A stretch of DNA of 64,000 bases from Octopus vulgaris. Its lineage: Eukaryota. The notes below the pieces were generated by a model. That model searched no databases. It was given only the letters and a program-made list of their open reading frames with translations, and was not told the origin of the DNA. The stretch covers positions 61,008,001-61,072,000 of the forward strand of contig OX597818.1 of assembly GCA_951406725.2 (NCBI GenBank), written 5' to 3'. The translations under genes and the position numbers were made by a program. Positions 51,020 to 63,719 of this stretch are shown here, piece after piece (the first letter of the stretch is position 1; the number at the start of each line of letters is the position of its first letter).

Positions 51020-53476
51020 TAGTATTAGTCAATACCATCAATCTTAGTATTTGACTGGTACCTTATTTGATTGACCTTAGGCAGCTGAAGAGTAAAGATG
51101 ACCATGCCAAAATTTGGAGTGAAAACAAAACAAACAAATAGAAAAAAAAAACGAAATTCCACATGGTATTTTTTTTTACATGTAACAAACCTACCAGCTT
51201 ATTACCACCCTAAATGTTTCTGATTTACGCACAAGAAGGGCAACAGCTTTTAGATTAGGGATTAAGGGAAACCATTGAATCCAGGACTTGACTGTCATTT
51301 TATAGTGTTGACTCCAGAAGGATGAAAACCAACGTCAGACTTAGTGGGATTTGAACTCAAGAAGCTGGAACTAGCAAAGCATTTTCTGCTGCTCTAATGA
51401 TTCTGCCAGAGTGCCACCATCATAACAACAACAACAACAGCAATAATAATTATTCCCTTTATTCGCCATAGAGATAACTGATGAAAGGGACTTTACAAAA
51501 GACTGGTTAATTTCTAAGATTGGCAGAAATCTTTGTTAAAGGTCAATTACATTAACAAAGAGTATTTAATGAACCAATGAGTTTTACCTGCTGCAATACA
51601 TACGAAGTAAGCAATACTAGTCAGAATATCAACCGATGACAGGGTCTCTACATAGTCGCTGAACCTGCTAGAAATAGCAACTAAATTTCACGAAAACCAC
51701 ATTCTTATGAAAACGAACATACTGAAATAATGTGTTATAAGACAGGCCATACGTAAGTAAGAAAAAGACAGGATCGTCATAGTTACCAAACATTTTGGTC
51801 ACAGGTTTGCTTCATAATAGCTGACCTGGAGCTACACAACAATAATTAGCACTTAATTTATCAACCACCAGAAGGGTGGAAGGTGGAGTTGAACTAAGAA
51901 TATGAAAGAGACATAATTCAATACCACAAAGCATTTCCCCATACAAATTCTACTAATCCACTGTCATAGTAATAATATTAATAATAATAATAATAATAAT
52001 AATTAATGTTTAAAGTTCAGAGTGTAATAGTGATTGCCTGTTTCCAAGATAATATACAACAAAATGAAAATTTGAAAGCACTTAATAGGGAAACTAAAAT
52101 AGTTAATTAGAAAAAAAAATAATAATAAGCATATATATATATATATATAAGAAAAAGAGTTTCCATGGGAACAGAAAATGGTAAGAGAGTGGAGTGGATA
52201 ATAGGTTGAAAAGGACAAGACAATTGTGGCAATTTTAGTTGGTTGAAAGAAACTGAAGTGGTTTTGTGATGTGGATGCATATGGTGAATAGGAAAAAAAA
52301 ATAAAAAGAGAATAACATAAGTGGTACACTGAAAGAACATGTTTTGTGAGATTATGGGAACTTGAAAAATATAGAAAGAATTAAAATTTGGAAAATAGAG
52401 AAACAGAAATATATATGAGAAAGAAAAGTCCATTTCTTGCATTTTTCTCAGCTTATGTTAAATTGTGAGACGTAACACATCGTTAAGTATGAATTTAAGA
52501 CATGGAAAAGCAACAGACCCACGGACAGAAGTTGGAATATACATCCACTGCTTTGCCAGGTGACTGATTCAACCAAATACACAATATCAGGTATGTGTAT
52601 AATTGCATCTCTTCATCCTGTCAGTGGGTGTGTTTCACTTTTCCATCTTTAAATTGGTACTTACTAACAGTGCCTGAGAGCGTTTAGATTTAAATCTTAG
52701 CAGTTGCTTCATACTTTACATTGTACAACGGGAACTCGGTTAAAACAATTAGTGACCGTATGCAATGGGAGGTGACCAGAACTAACTGCAGAGCTAATCT
52801 AATTTGTAACATACTCGTATTCAGGCACAACGGCTGTGACGATGCTAAAGAGTTTGATTACGGTAACTTACTAGAACAGTCATTGTGCTGTGCCTCTGGG
52901 CAAGACACTAAATTCTGCCTGCCTCAGTCTGTCTGGCTCATAAATCAGTGAGTGGTTAGCTGTAAAAACAAATGCTCCATCAGTATGCAAATTTCCCTAA
53001 TTTAGGTAAACGAATCTTAACCACATATTATGGCATTGGAGGTGGGGGTGTGGTGGGGATAAGGATGTCTAGGTGAATGGAAGCTTTTTACGTGATATAA
53101 CTCACACATGTATATGTTAATCGACGTGTATAATATGAGGAAAGGACACAGGTGTGTGAGGGGAAGTGGACATATTTCTGTGAAATTCTGCTACAAATGT
53201 TTACACATACAAAAGAATTTATGAGCTGTCCAGAAAGCAAAACAAGGCAAGTAGTAAGAGTGTGTGTATACGCAAAAAAGCCAATTGACCAGATCAACAA
53301 TAAACCTTGCAAAGTAGGAACAATTTGCCATACCAATATTTGAACCATTATCAAAATCTTTCTGTAGCTTGTAGAACTGAAGTGAACTTCACTTCCACTT
53401 GTAGATAGTTTTTGGATATTTTTTGTCCACAGAACTTAAAATAAGTGTAGTGTCCATGACTTTTTTAGGGTCTCAA

Positions 53477-53713
53477 ATACCTATTTCTTTACTACCCACA
53501 AGGGGCTAAACACAGAGAGGACAAACAAGGACAGACAAACAGATTAAGTCGATTACATCGACCCCAGTGTGTAACTGGTACTTATTTAATCGACCCTGAA
53601 AGGATGAAAGGCAAAGTCGACCTTGGCAGAATTTGAACTCAGAACGTAGCGGCAGACGAAATACCGCTAAGCATTTCGCCCGGCGTGCTAACGTTTCTGC
53701 CAGCTCGCCGCCT
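53477..53713 (-). mobile_element. SINE family B
   Basis: Monomer. Confidence 0.8.
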
Positions 53714-53837
53714 CTCAAGTACCAGTGGAGTTTAAGTAAGTCATTCTCAGACTAAGGATCTGACTTGAATACTGGCAACAGTGTCTACTCTACGATAGGC
53801 ACCTGGGGATGTAGTGTAGCGATGTTAAAGCAGGTTA

Positions 53838-54210
53838 CATCATCATTGTTTAACGTCTGTTTCCCATGCTGGATGGTTTGACTGGAGTTTGGGAAGCTAG
53901 GAGGCTGCATTAGGCCCCAATCTGATCTGGCAGAGTTTCTACAGCTGGATGCCCTTCCTAATGCCAACCACTGAGAGTGTAGTGGGTACTTTTTATGTGC
54001 CACCAGCACAGGTGCCAGGGTAGGCTGGCATCGGCCACGATTGGATGGTGTGTTTTATGTGCCACCAACACAGACGCCAGTCAGGTTGGCACTGGCATCA
54101 GCCATGTTCGAATAGTGCTTTTTACATGCTACCGGCACGGGGTTCACAACTACAATTTCCATTTGATTGTAATTTGATTTGATTTTGATATTCATGTTGA
54201 TGTACTTGAA
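53838..54210 (-). mobile_element. RTE 3'UTR-derived repeat
   Basis: Family core plus internal tandem units. Shorter copies at about 6225-6400, 11560-11673, 46250-46460 and 60815-61050. Confidence 0.7.
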
Positions 54211-54328
54211 AATAAAGTTGGCAATAGTGATCCTAAACTTCAATATGAAAACAAATCGGAAAGAAGAAGAAAATAAGACCATGTTTTCCATGTTTACCTA
54301 TCAAAAGGACATTCTACATGTGATTAGT

Positions 54329-54697
54329 GGAGGCACAATGGCCCAGTGGTTAGGGCAGCGGACTCGCGGTTTCAATTCCCAGACCGGGCGTTGTGAGTGT
54401 TTATTGAGCGAAAACACCTAAAAGCTCCATGAGACTCCGACAGGGGATGGTGGTGATCCCTGCTGTACTCTTTCACCACAACTTTCTCTCACTCTTACTT
54501 CCTGTTTCTGTTGTACCTGTATATCAAAGGGCCGTCCTTATCACTCTCTGTGTCACGCTGAATATCCCCGAGAACTACGTTAAGGGTACACGTGTCTGTG
54601 GAGTGCTCAGCCACTTACACGTTAATTTCACGAGCAGGCTGTTCCGTTGATCGGATCAACCGGAACCCTCGTCGTCGTAACCAACGGAGTGCTTCCC
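54329..54697 (+). mobile_element. tRNA-derived SINE family C
   Basis: TGGCCCAGTGG...GTTTCAATTCC head. The 3' part is shared with about 8545-8715. Confidence 0.7.
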
Positions 54698-55117
54698 CCC
54701 CCCTCTACATATGATTGTATCTCATTATATTAAGGTTCCAATGCTAAAGCTTGGGCTATTCTGTATGTATAGATTACAGTGTATTATGTTGCAGCACTTT
54801 TTATATTTTCTTCTGCAAAGGCTGGTTTGTCTAGTTTCATATTGGATTTAGTACCATAACCTTAAGTGGGATTTGGTGGACAGAAATTTCACAGACACCC
54901 ATCATTGTGTGCATGAGTTTGTTGATGCATCTCAGTGGAAGACATAAACTGAAGTGAGAAGACTCGGCTTCTGAACAGAGTCCATTGTAATATATGATCC
55001 ACACCAAATTACAGACAATCTCTTGACTTTGGAAATGAAATGAATCTATAACCAATAGCCACTGTGGTGATATAAAGCAAAATTAATGCAAATGCATGTA
55101 TATGTGTATATATGTAC

Positions 55118-55162
<45 letters not shown>

Positions 55163-55165
<3 letters not shown>

Positions 55166-55396
55166 CAAAATAAGCAACAAGTATATCTTCGGTAATTTGG
55201 TACGATCATTTCATGTTACTTCATTTTATTAAATATTGTAAGTATTAATAAAATGAAGTAGCGTGAAACGATCGTATCAAATTACCGAAGTTATTCTTGT
55301 TGCTTATTTTGATTATAATCACCCCATGGATTTATATGGATAATACCATACAAAATTCCGGTGCCTCTGACTTAAGTACCATATTCATTTGAATCT
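55163..55396. mobile_element. Inverted-repeat element inserted in (TA)n
   Basis: Arms at about 55163-55230 and 55247-55316 are reverse complements. The same family occurs at 6428-6620. Confidence 0.6.
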
Positions 55397-56073
55397 ATAT
55401 ATATATATAGTGTGTGTGTGTCGGTTTGTAAAAAGTGCAAGTGAAAGTGTGAACCCTTCCCACATGTGATAATTATATAATTGAAACATACTAAGCCTAT
55501 ATTAGCATGGTTCTATCCTATAAGTACACCTACAGAACACACTTGAAGCTTTTAGTTCTGTTGTCTAGCCCCAGGTTAGCATCAACCAAGTAAATCTGTG
55601 AGCAAAAATGTTCCAGCTACCGCCATCTCATTTTTTTTTATATATTAGGGGATACATTGTTGAATGTGTTTTTCTTCTTTGAAGACAGTAGGATGTGATT
55701 TGATAGAGGTTTGACTGTCATTTCTAGCAAGTTGAGTGACATTGTAGAGGCTCCTCCATTAGCTTTGAGGTGAAGCAAAATGACCAAATATTGTGTCTGA
55801 GAAATTCTTGAGGAACCGAATCTTAATTACACAGATAAATGCCACATTTGTCTGAGACTGATATATTGCCGTATCTATAAGCACCGAATCATCTTCAATG
55901 GTACTGTGGCTGTTAACTAAATGGTTAAGTTTAACATTTATTTTTTTAAAGGGTTATTCACTTACAGAATTTACATACGGCTAGTCCAGTAGTAATATTT
56001 TTTGCTGGTAAATTATATTAGTACAGAGAATAAATGAAGTTTTAATATTTTGGTGGTTTATACAAGAATGTTT

Positions 56074-56408
56074 TATTGTGTCTGGGGAGAGTCATTTTCT
56101 TCTTGTGCCTTATTATGTAACACACTCACCGGTAAAATTTCCACTTTTTACTTATTTTTATTTTCCTAAAATTTTCGTTGCGTCTTGCAACCTTTTCAAT
56201 AGTCTTCACTCTCAAGTCTATTAAAAAGTTGCAAGATGCAACGAAAATTTCCAGGAAAATAAAAATAAGAAAAAAGTGGAAATTTTACAGGTGAGTGTGT
56301 TACATTATAAGGCACAAAAAGAAAATGACTCTCCCCAGACACAACAGAATATGCTTCAACACACGAACTCATATAAAGAATCTTGCAAACCAAATCCAAA
56401 AGCGAAAT
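56074..56408. mobile_element. Foldback (head-to-head) repeat, probably Penelope-derived
   Basis: Inverted arms of about 125 bp around a short spacer. TSD ATACAAGAATGTTT at 56060-56073 and 56407-56420. Confidence 0.72.
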
Positions 56409-59400
56409 ACAAGAATGTTTGTTCTGTGAAAAAATATAGATATTAAAGTAGAAGATTATATCTTATTGTTTATAAATAGAAGTCTGATGTGAAGCACACT
56501 ACTTAACATTCATTATTTGTAACCACATGGAACTACAACTCAAATACAATTTAGTAATTCTCTAAATTTTCCATTAACTTTCACTATTTACTACTGTTAT
56601 ATTTGCTGCTATTATGTTATTTTACAGGAAGTGTGCTTTATGATAAGTATATTAAATGGGAAGAGACAAAATCTCTCTCTCTCTCTGTCCCTCTCTCAGT
56701 CGATTTCTTGAGATTTTTCATTCAGATGAAGAAAATGCAAAGATTCTTATGTCTGCCCTTTGGCTTTGAAGTAAGATGTCATGAGTATTACTCAGCTATT
56801 CTAAAAACTAATTTCATTAATGAAATGATTTGGGTCAAAGCTGTTCTGATCTTCAGTCTTATTTATCCTATTGCCTGATGTCACATTTACTTTTGATCTT
56901 TAAAACTACTCATTTGATCATGTTTACAAGTGTGGGATGGCAAGGTTAATCAAACATTACAGTAATGAGGAATGAAGAATTATTCTATTGTTGTAGTCTG
57001 CTGCAATTCAAATTTTAGCAAAACTTCTTTGTTCATTACTTAGTTGCTTCTAACAAATTGACAAAATGGCTTCTTCACTGAAATAAATAAATGTGTTTTG
57101 ACATCTACCAACTAAAAGAATCTCTCGTAGTACATCAATAATGCTAGGCTTCTTTAGCACAGCCATATATAACCAACACTTATTTGTTATGTATCTTTCA
57201 AATACATCAGAAAAATCTCCAATTACAACATAGTCTAGAGCAGTGGTCATAGATTGCACAATAAGAAAAGTATCCAAGGCCCCCATCAACTTACTTCAGT
57301 AACTTTGACAGTTGCAGATATAGACTGCTTAACTGATTAGAATATTACACTGACCAGTCAGATTCTTGCATCAGAGCACAGCCAATATCATATAACACAA
57401 ATGCAATTCTACATTTGAGGATATTATTTTCATGTATTCTCTGACAGCTTCTCATTGTTTTCCTTACTGAAGCCATGGATCACTGCACATTTTCCCTTCA
57501 TGGATAAAATCTCATTTTTCTTCCAATTTGTATATGGCCAACGTATGTTCAACTAAACACATCGGAATTTCGATAAACTTTCTAAAAGTTATCTTTATTA
57601 ATTCTGTACTAAAATTTCAGAAGCAGAAAATATGAATGACTGGTCCACACTAAAGTAATTCCAAGAGATAATAAAATGATTATAAATTAAATATAAATAT
57701 TATCCAGATAGTTAGTAATAAAAGTCTAAGCCAAGCAAACGCCCTATGTTTATGGCTATGAAGATGTGTGCAAAACAGATCTGTTGTTTTCACTACAATA
57801 CATTCCAAACAGATGACCATCATGGATGGTACTAAAAGAAGCGAAATAAGAAAGAGGGCAGGTGGGGAAGATGATATTTAAAACCACTACAGGCTGATCG
57901 TATTCAATTCTGCTTGTCTAGAAATGAATAACATATGACTATAGCTGCCAAGTTTTCAGAATTAAACTGTTTTTGACAAGGTGATTTATTTAATAAATAA
58001 AAATTAACACAATATCTATGAACATGCAAATGAAATATTGACTTGCTAACAGAAGTCACAGTAAAAGGATTTACAGTTTTAAGAGAAATTTTACATTCAC
58101 AAAAGGTATTCTTAGGGGAATATTAGCAAGCCATTTTTTAAACAAATAAAACTTTAGTTTATTTTCACATAGGCAATTAATTTTATAATCTTATAGGATT
58201 TCATGAAGATTGACAATATGGAACTTGCAAACCTTATATTAAAAAAATTGCTCTGGGAACAAGAAGATTTTATTTTCAATCAGTATAAATATTGTTTGTT
58301 TTTATTTAATATTTATAAAGTGCATAAAATTAAAAATGAAATGAAATCAACTTGCTAGATTTAATCAAATTTGATACAGTGGTTTACTTTAGAACTCAAG
58401 AGAAAGGAAATAGCCAAAGATTAACAATGCAGATCAGTATTTGAAATTTACTTCAGAATTTATAATGAATCTTCTCTGGAAGGCAGTCTATTCAGACCAT
58501 GTATAATAGAACAAAGTGTTACATTGTGTAAAATCATTTATTGATTATAAAATAAATGAAAATATAAGGATATTAAAACCATAATTTATAAAGGGCTTGT
58601 CAATTTGTAGTAAGTCAAAGGTGAAGATGATTGTGATAGGCAAGTTCATTCAAACACTTCTAAAAAGTGCTTTCATCACATAAACCAACCTTAGAAACTG
58701 AAGCAATTCACATTTCTTTGAATATATGGTTGCATGTAGGGGTAGGTGGAGCTAGCATGGGAATTTGCATGGGGCCCATGTATTATTAGCATTTAGACCA
58801 AACATTCTTTTACATGGTTCGATCATTGCACTGCAGCCATGCTGGAGCACTATCTTCTAAAGTGCAGTTAATAACATTAACCTCAACAATAATTTTAATA
58901 ACTTGTAATTATTTTACTCACCTCAAACAAGTTTTGTAAAATAATCAGATTTAAGGTCAGAACATAGCAAAATACCACCATAAGGAATTTTCCCTTTGTC
59001 TCAACTGAAATTTGCCATCCACCTGCTACCATATGTTTGGTTAAATTTATGGCTACCAAATCTTTGAAGCAATTTTATAGGAACTTTATGCCAATAATAA
59101 ACAAGTCAAAAACCTCTCTTTTGGCTTTAGGACATCTGGTCTCTCTTACAGGTTTGTAATAGCACCATAATTTGCTATACGTCCAAAGTAGACACCTGAA
59201 ATTCTGTTAAGGAATTCTGTTAAAGTCACCTAAAAACTGGGTGATGATGTTAACCAGGTGACAAAATGAGTTTACCACCCAAGAACAGAGACTGCAAAGA
59301 GGAGGTACAAATACCACAAGGTACTGGTACTTTATTCTATGGTTCCTGAAAGGATAAAAGACAAAGTTGGCCCTGGCAGGGTTTGATCTCAGAGTGCAGA

Positions 59401-60559
59401 AAGCCAGAACAAATACCACAATGCAATGCATCCCACAACCCAGCCAATTTGCTAGGTGTATGAGTTTAGTAGATTTATAAATTTGCTCAATCTAGAGATA
59501 GGGTAGAATTTTAGCTTTTCGAACTATGTTAATTAACGATTCTTAATTTCACAAAATTTCTTTCATATATCTACAGTGCAACATTCTCTTTGTCAGCTTC
59601 GTTAATTACAGAAAACTTACAATGTTTGTGTAGAGTATGACTTGCCTGAAGCCTATGAAGGAGCTTCTACATGGTTGCTTGGCTTGATAGAAATAGCAAC
59701 CAAATCTTCCTCAAATAAAATCCCACTTGAAAAAAAAAAAATGAAAGGACAAAGATCCTAGACACACTATGAACAAGAAAAAAACCCCCCAAAAAACCAA
59801 GATGGTCAAAGCTGAAATGCTTCAACCATTTTGTCCAATCATTGCTAACCTAGGGTTAAACAACAATATGTCAATATTCAGTTTATTTCTCATTTCCATT
59901 TTACACCGGAACATAAATTGTGATTTCAATTATACACTTGCATCTGTTTAATTTAATCTTTGTTTATTGCATTACAGAAACCAGAAAAGTAATTTCTATT
60001 AACCATGAAATCTTTTCCATTGCATGCAGCCACCTTGTGTCTAAATATATAATTTAAAATTAAGAATACCTACAACTGTTTCACGATAGACTATTATCCA
60101 CTTTAGTCTCATGATATTTATTTTCTCATTGAAAAATATCCTATTTTACTCAGGGCTATGCTACCCAAAACAAAATAACATAAATTTCAAGCCTTCAACA
60201 GTTATTTCTATTATTGGGTCATTATATTATATACTTTCTGTATAAATATTAATTATATTTTACTCAAAGTAGCCTCAAATCTTCTAGCTTAACTGTTTGA
60301 AGTTCACTACTATATCTTCCGACAATTATTACATTATCTAATTGAAGAGATGACACACTGTGTCATAAGCACAGACAAACTTATGTATTTCAAAAATCTA
60401 GGATGTATCCTCACTCCTAAGAGCTGAATAAAATATTTTGAGAGCAATGATGACTAAGTCTTCAAAACCTTGGCACTGACCTACTCAACATTCTCCAGTG
60501 GTACTGCAAATCTAGTCTCCATGAACACGGAAAAGACACTACGATTACACAATAAGACA

Positions 60560-61420
60560 TAATTGTGGTGCTCCCACCATAAAAAATAACAGAAACATCA
60601 CAAAGCTAGAAGTTTCAAAATCTCTTCAAAAGCTTATCCCAACCTTCACTGAAGATCTCTCCTAGCATATGCTCATCATCAACATAGTAAAGACTACATT
60701 ACAAAGACTGATCTTCTGCCTCAGAACCAGAAAACACTTGAGATCTCATCATCCATCTATCCTCTACAAAGCTCAGATGACACCCACAACAGAGAGCAGC
60801 TCTCAATCTGGAATGGCGGTACTTTTATCGAGGTCATTGCCAGTATTGCCTAACTGGCCCCTGTGCCGGTGGCATGTAAAAAGCACCCACTACACTCTTG
60901 GAGTGGTTGGCATTAGGAAGGGCATCCAGCTGTAGAAACTCTGCCAGATCAAGATCGGAGCCTGGTGCAGCAATATGGTTCACCAGCCCGCGGTCAAAAT
61001 CGTCCAACCCATGCCAGCATGGAAAGCGGACGTCAAATGATGAACGATGAACTTACACATAGATAACCTTGATGGCATCCAAAGAAAGGCCAACTGACTG
61101 ATTGACATGAAGTCACTCCTCAACACACTCCAACATGCTGCACTCACAGACATGCTGCCGTTTCCTCCGCCTGGCTTTTCTTCTGCTGCTACAGCAGCTT
61201 TTAAATTTCAAAATTGGATGGTCTTATGCCATCTCCACAAAAGCATTTCTGATTCACTTTCATGTTTCCATCATGCAAACCCCACATACAAAAATCATTC
61301 AGCCCTAGAAAAGAGTTGCCTCTCTGGAATTCTTTCCCTGCACATATTTATCTGCAGCCACCAATTTTCATCAGTTCAAGAGGAACATTAATAGCATCAA
61401 TTATACCAATTAAAGGAGGC
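60560..61420 (+). mobile_element. Degenerate CR1/Jockey-like LINE RT C-terminal region, interrupted by an RTE-tail insertion (~60815-61050)
   Basis: Decayed motifs ILYKAQ.., LDGIQRKA and SFSPR..LWNSFP. Confidence 0.65.
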
Positions 61421-61794
61421 CAGCCAAAAACCAAGTGCACAACCACATCCTCTCGAGATTAAAAAACCAATAAAAGAAAAGTTACAAACATTGACTTATG
61501 ATCACAATTTTGGTTTTAATTAATCATATTACTAATGGAACAAGTGCTGCACTTTAATAAGTAAAATTAGATGAGTAAACTCTCTTACAAGGATTGGCCT
61601 AATGTATTATTCTCAGAATAGCTGCAAACATGAAGCCATCATAAGTATTCAGAATGACACAAAATTAATTATATTTTTGAGGTAAATTTCATTTTATACT
61701 TATGAACAGATATGAGCAAATGTGAGTGCGTGTATTTATTTGTATATGGGTGTGTATGTTAGCATTTTTTATGTATGCAACTGAAGTTATATAC

Positions 61795-61804
61795 CTTTCA
61801 CTGT
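61795..61804 (-). CDS. Candidate 10-nt microexon (phase 0 to 1): TVK + G
   Basis: tttctatttcttttgtaacacag/ACAGTGAAAG/gtatat. 59+10 = 69 nt, which restores frame into exon 48182. Confidence 0.42.
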
Positions 61805-62109
61805 CTGTGTTACAAAAGAAATAGAAACATTCGAAGAATATTAAAAGAAATTGTTTAACAAACTGTGAATTATTGAGTCTGGCTGACACAGGAATCAAAA
61901 GTTTAATTCAACTTGAATTAAAAATAATATGTTTTAAGAATAAAAATCTAAATGACAATATTTATCATTATTACTTAGAAATGTCATAAAGTAACTTAAA
62001 CAAGAAGGCAGAGACACAAAAATTGAAAGAATCTAAAAGATTTATAATAATGTTCAAGACAACTTAGTTTGCAATCAACTATTAATACGGGAATAGAAAG
62101 GTCTCTTAC

Positions 62110-62168
62110 CCTACTACTATATTGGTCAGTTAAAGTTGAGACAGTGTCACATGACAACTTGCTGGAGC
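62110..62168 (-). CDS. Candidate 59-nt exon (phase 1 to 0): xSSKLSCDTVSTLTDQYSSR
   Basis: Acceptor ttttttccctttaaatacctgctgctag, donor AGG/gtaaga. Only the phase-1 frame is open. Confidence 0.5.
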
Positions 62169-62869
62169 CTAGCAGCAGGTATTTAAAGGGAAAAAATTTG
62201 ACAAGTCAGTCAGTCGCCAGCTGACACTCATTGACGCTACATCGAAGAGGCCAGGGAACAGAAGAAAGAAGACATGCACTCAACACCAGAGCTGAAGACA
62301 CCTCCGAAAGGGGGGTGGGGGCCCGCCACATCAAAACGGTAGAGGAATAGGGGCCGAAACCGGACGTGGTTCCTCCTGATGATGTCTTGAGCTAACTGGT
62401 TCCTATAAAGGATCTGTTGTGGTAGCAGAACACGAAACACGGTTGTAATTCCTCCTAATGATAGTGTTCTAGTAACAACAGATGGTATTTAGCAAAAAGT
62501 CAGATGTAGAAGATTTTACTTTAGACTTTTTTCAGAGAAAATATCAACTTCAATGAAATGCTCAACAGAGCTGAAGTATAAGAGATAGGGAAACTTCACA
62601 TCATATGTCTTAAACTAGCTTAGAGGAAAAGAAAATTATACTATTATCAAGAGTTAAAGGAATGGCAGAGGCCAATCAAGCAAAATGAATACTATGAAAG
62701 AGAAATCAATGTGTGAGTGTTTATATATCATCATCATCATAGTTTAATGTCCGTTTTCCATGCTGGCATAGGTTAGAGCAGGCTGGGTGGGGAATATGCA
62801 TATGTATATACATATAGCACAAGTGTGTGTGTGTATATATGTATGTATGTATGTATATATATATATAAG

Positions 62870-63278
62870 TAAATGGATGAATGAATTATCCTTTGTTTAC
62901 CGTTACCATGGAATATTCAATAAACAGTTACCAGGGTAGCAAAATTCATGCAAGTAACAAGGATGTAGCGACCTATTCAAAGGTAGAAACTCTGGGTTAA
63001 TGTGCAGTAATTTGTATAGTATAAGTAAATAAATGGAGTTGAACGCAGGTGTTATACAAATTCTTTTACTTTCAACATATGTTTCGAAGACAACCTTGGT
63101 TTTGTTCCAAAGGAATAAACGGTGTAAAATAATGTAATCTTCTCATCAGGAAAGAAAGAGAGCCTATCTCAACAACAAGACATTATAACTATGATAAACA
63201 GAACGTTATTAAGTATTTTTAAAAAACTGTTAGTAGATTCGATGTCAAAGGCAGATTCTAGAAAGAGAAGGGGTAAAG

Positions 63279-63280
<2 letters not shown>
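62870..63280 (-). mobile_element. Probable Penelope-like terminal repeat fragment containing the hammerhead
   Basis: Unique block bounded by (TA)n tracts and carrying a PLE-style minimal hammerhead. The family assignment is inferred. Confidence 0.45.
63069..63154 (-). ncRNA. Type I minimal hammerhead ribozyme (Penelope-type)
   Basis: CUUUC-CUGAUGA-GAAGAU...GUCUUC-GAAAC-AUAU-GUU/GAAAG. Stem I is CUUUC/GAAAG, stem II is GAAGAU/GUCUUC with an inner hairpin, stem III is the palindrome ACAUAUGU. All core nucleotides are present. Confidence 0.75.
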
Positions 63281-63324
<44 letters not shown>

Positions 63325-63719
63325 AAAATGGGAGGGTGGATGCATGTTAGTGATTCACTTTATATTTAAATCAGTGCAAGTGGTCATGTGTGGATAGGAA
63401 GAGGAAAAGAGAGAGTAGAATCAGTAATATAAGAGAAGTAAAAGAGAATGGTCTTGGATTTCTTTGTCCTGAATTCAGTGTACATGCAGTGTGAGGGTGG
63501 AGTGTTGAACATTTGATTTAACTCCAATGTGGAAACGTACAAAGCAATGCATTAATGGATTTAGGAATTTCCATCCAAAAGTTTGTCATATATTTGTGTG
63601 TGTGCACACAAGTATGACTATATATTTTTTTTTTTAATCTCCAGCATCTTAACATCATGTGATAGTTGTAAACGAGTGTTACTGTTATACAAGCAGTACT
63701 GTTCCAATCCAATATTCTG

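Noticed and set aside
57050-57331. Possible TM-domain exon (ORF 57050..57289) and a 30-nt phase-0 candidate SISATVKVTE with a gtaagt donor
   Set aside because: There is no clean hydrophobic span with a basic stop-transfer sequence. The acceptor lacks a polypyrimidine tract, and its phase does not join exon 48182.
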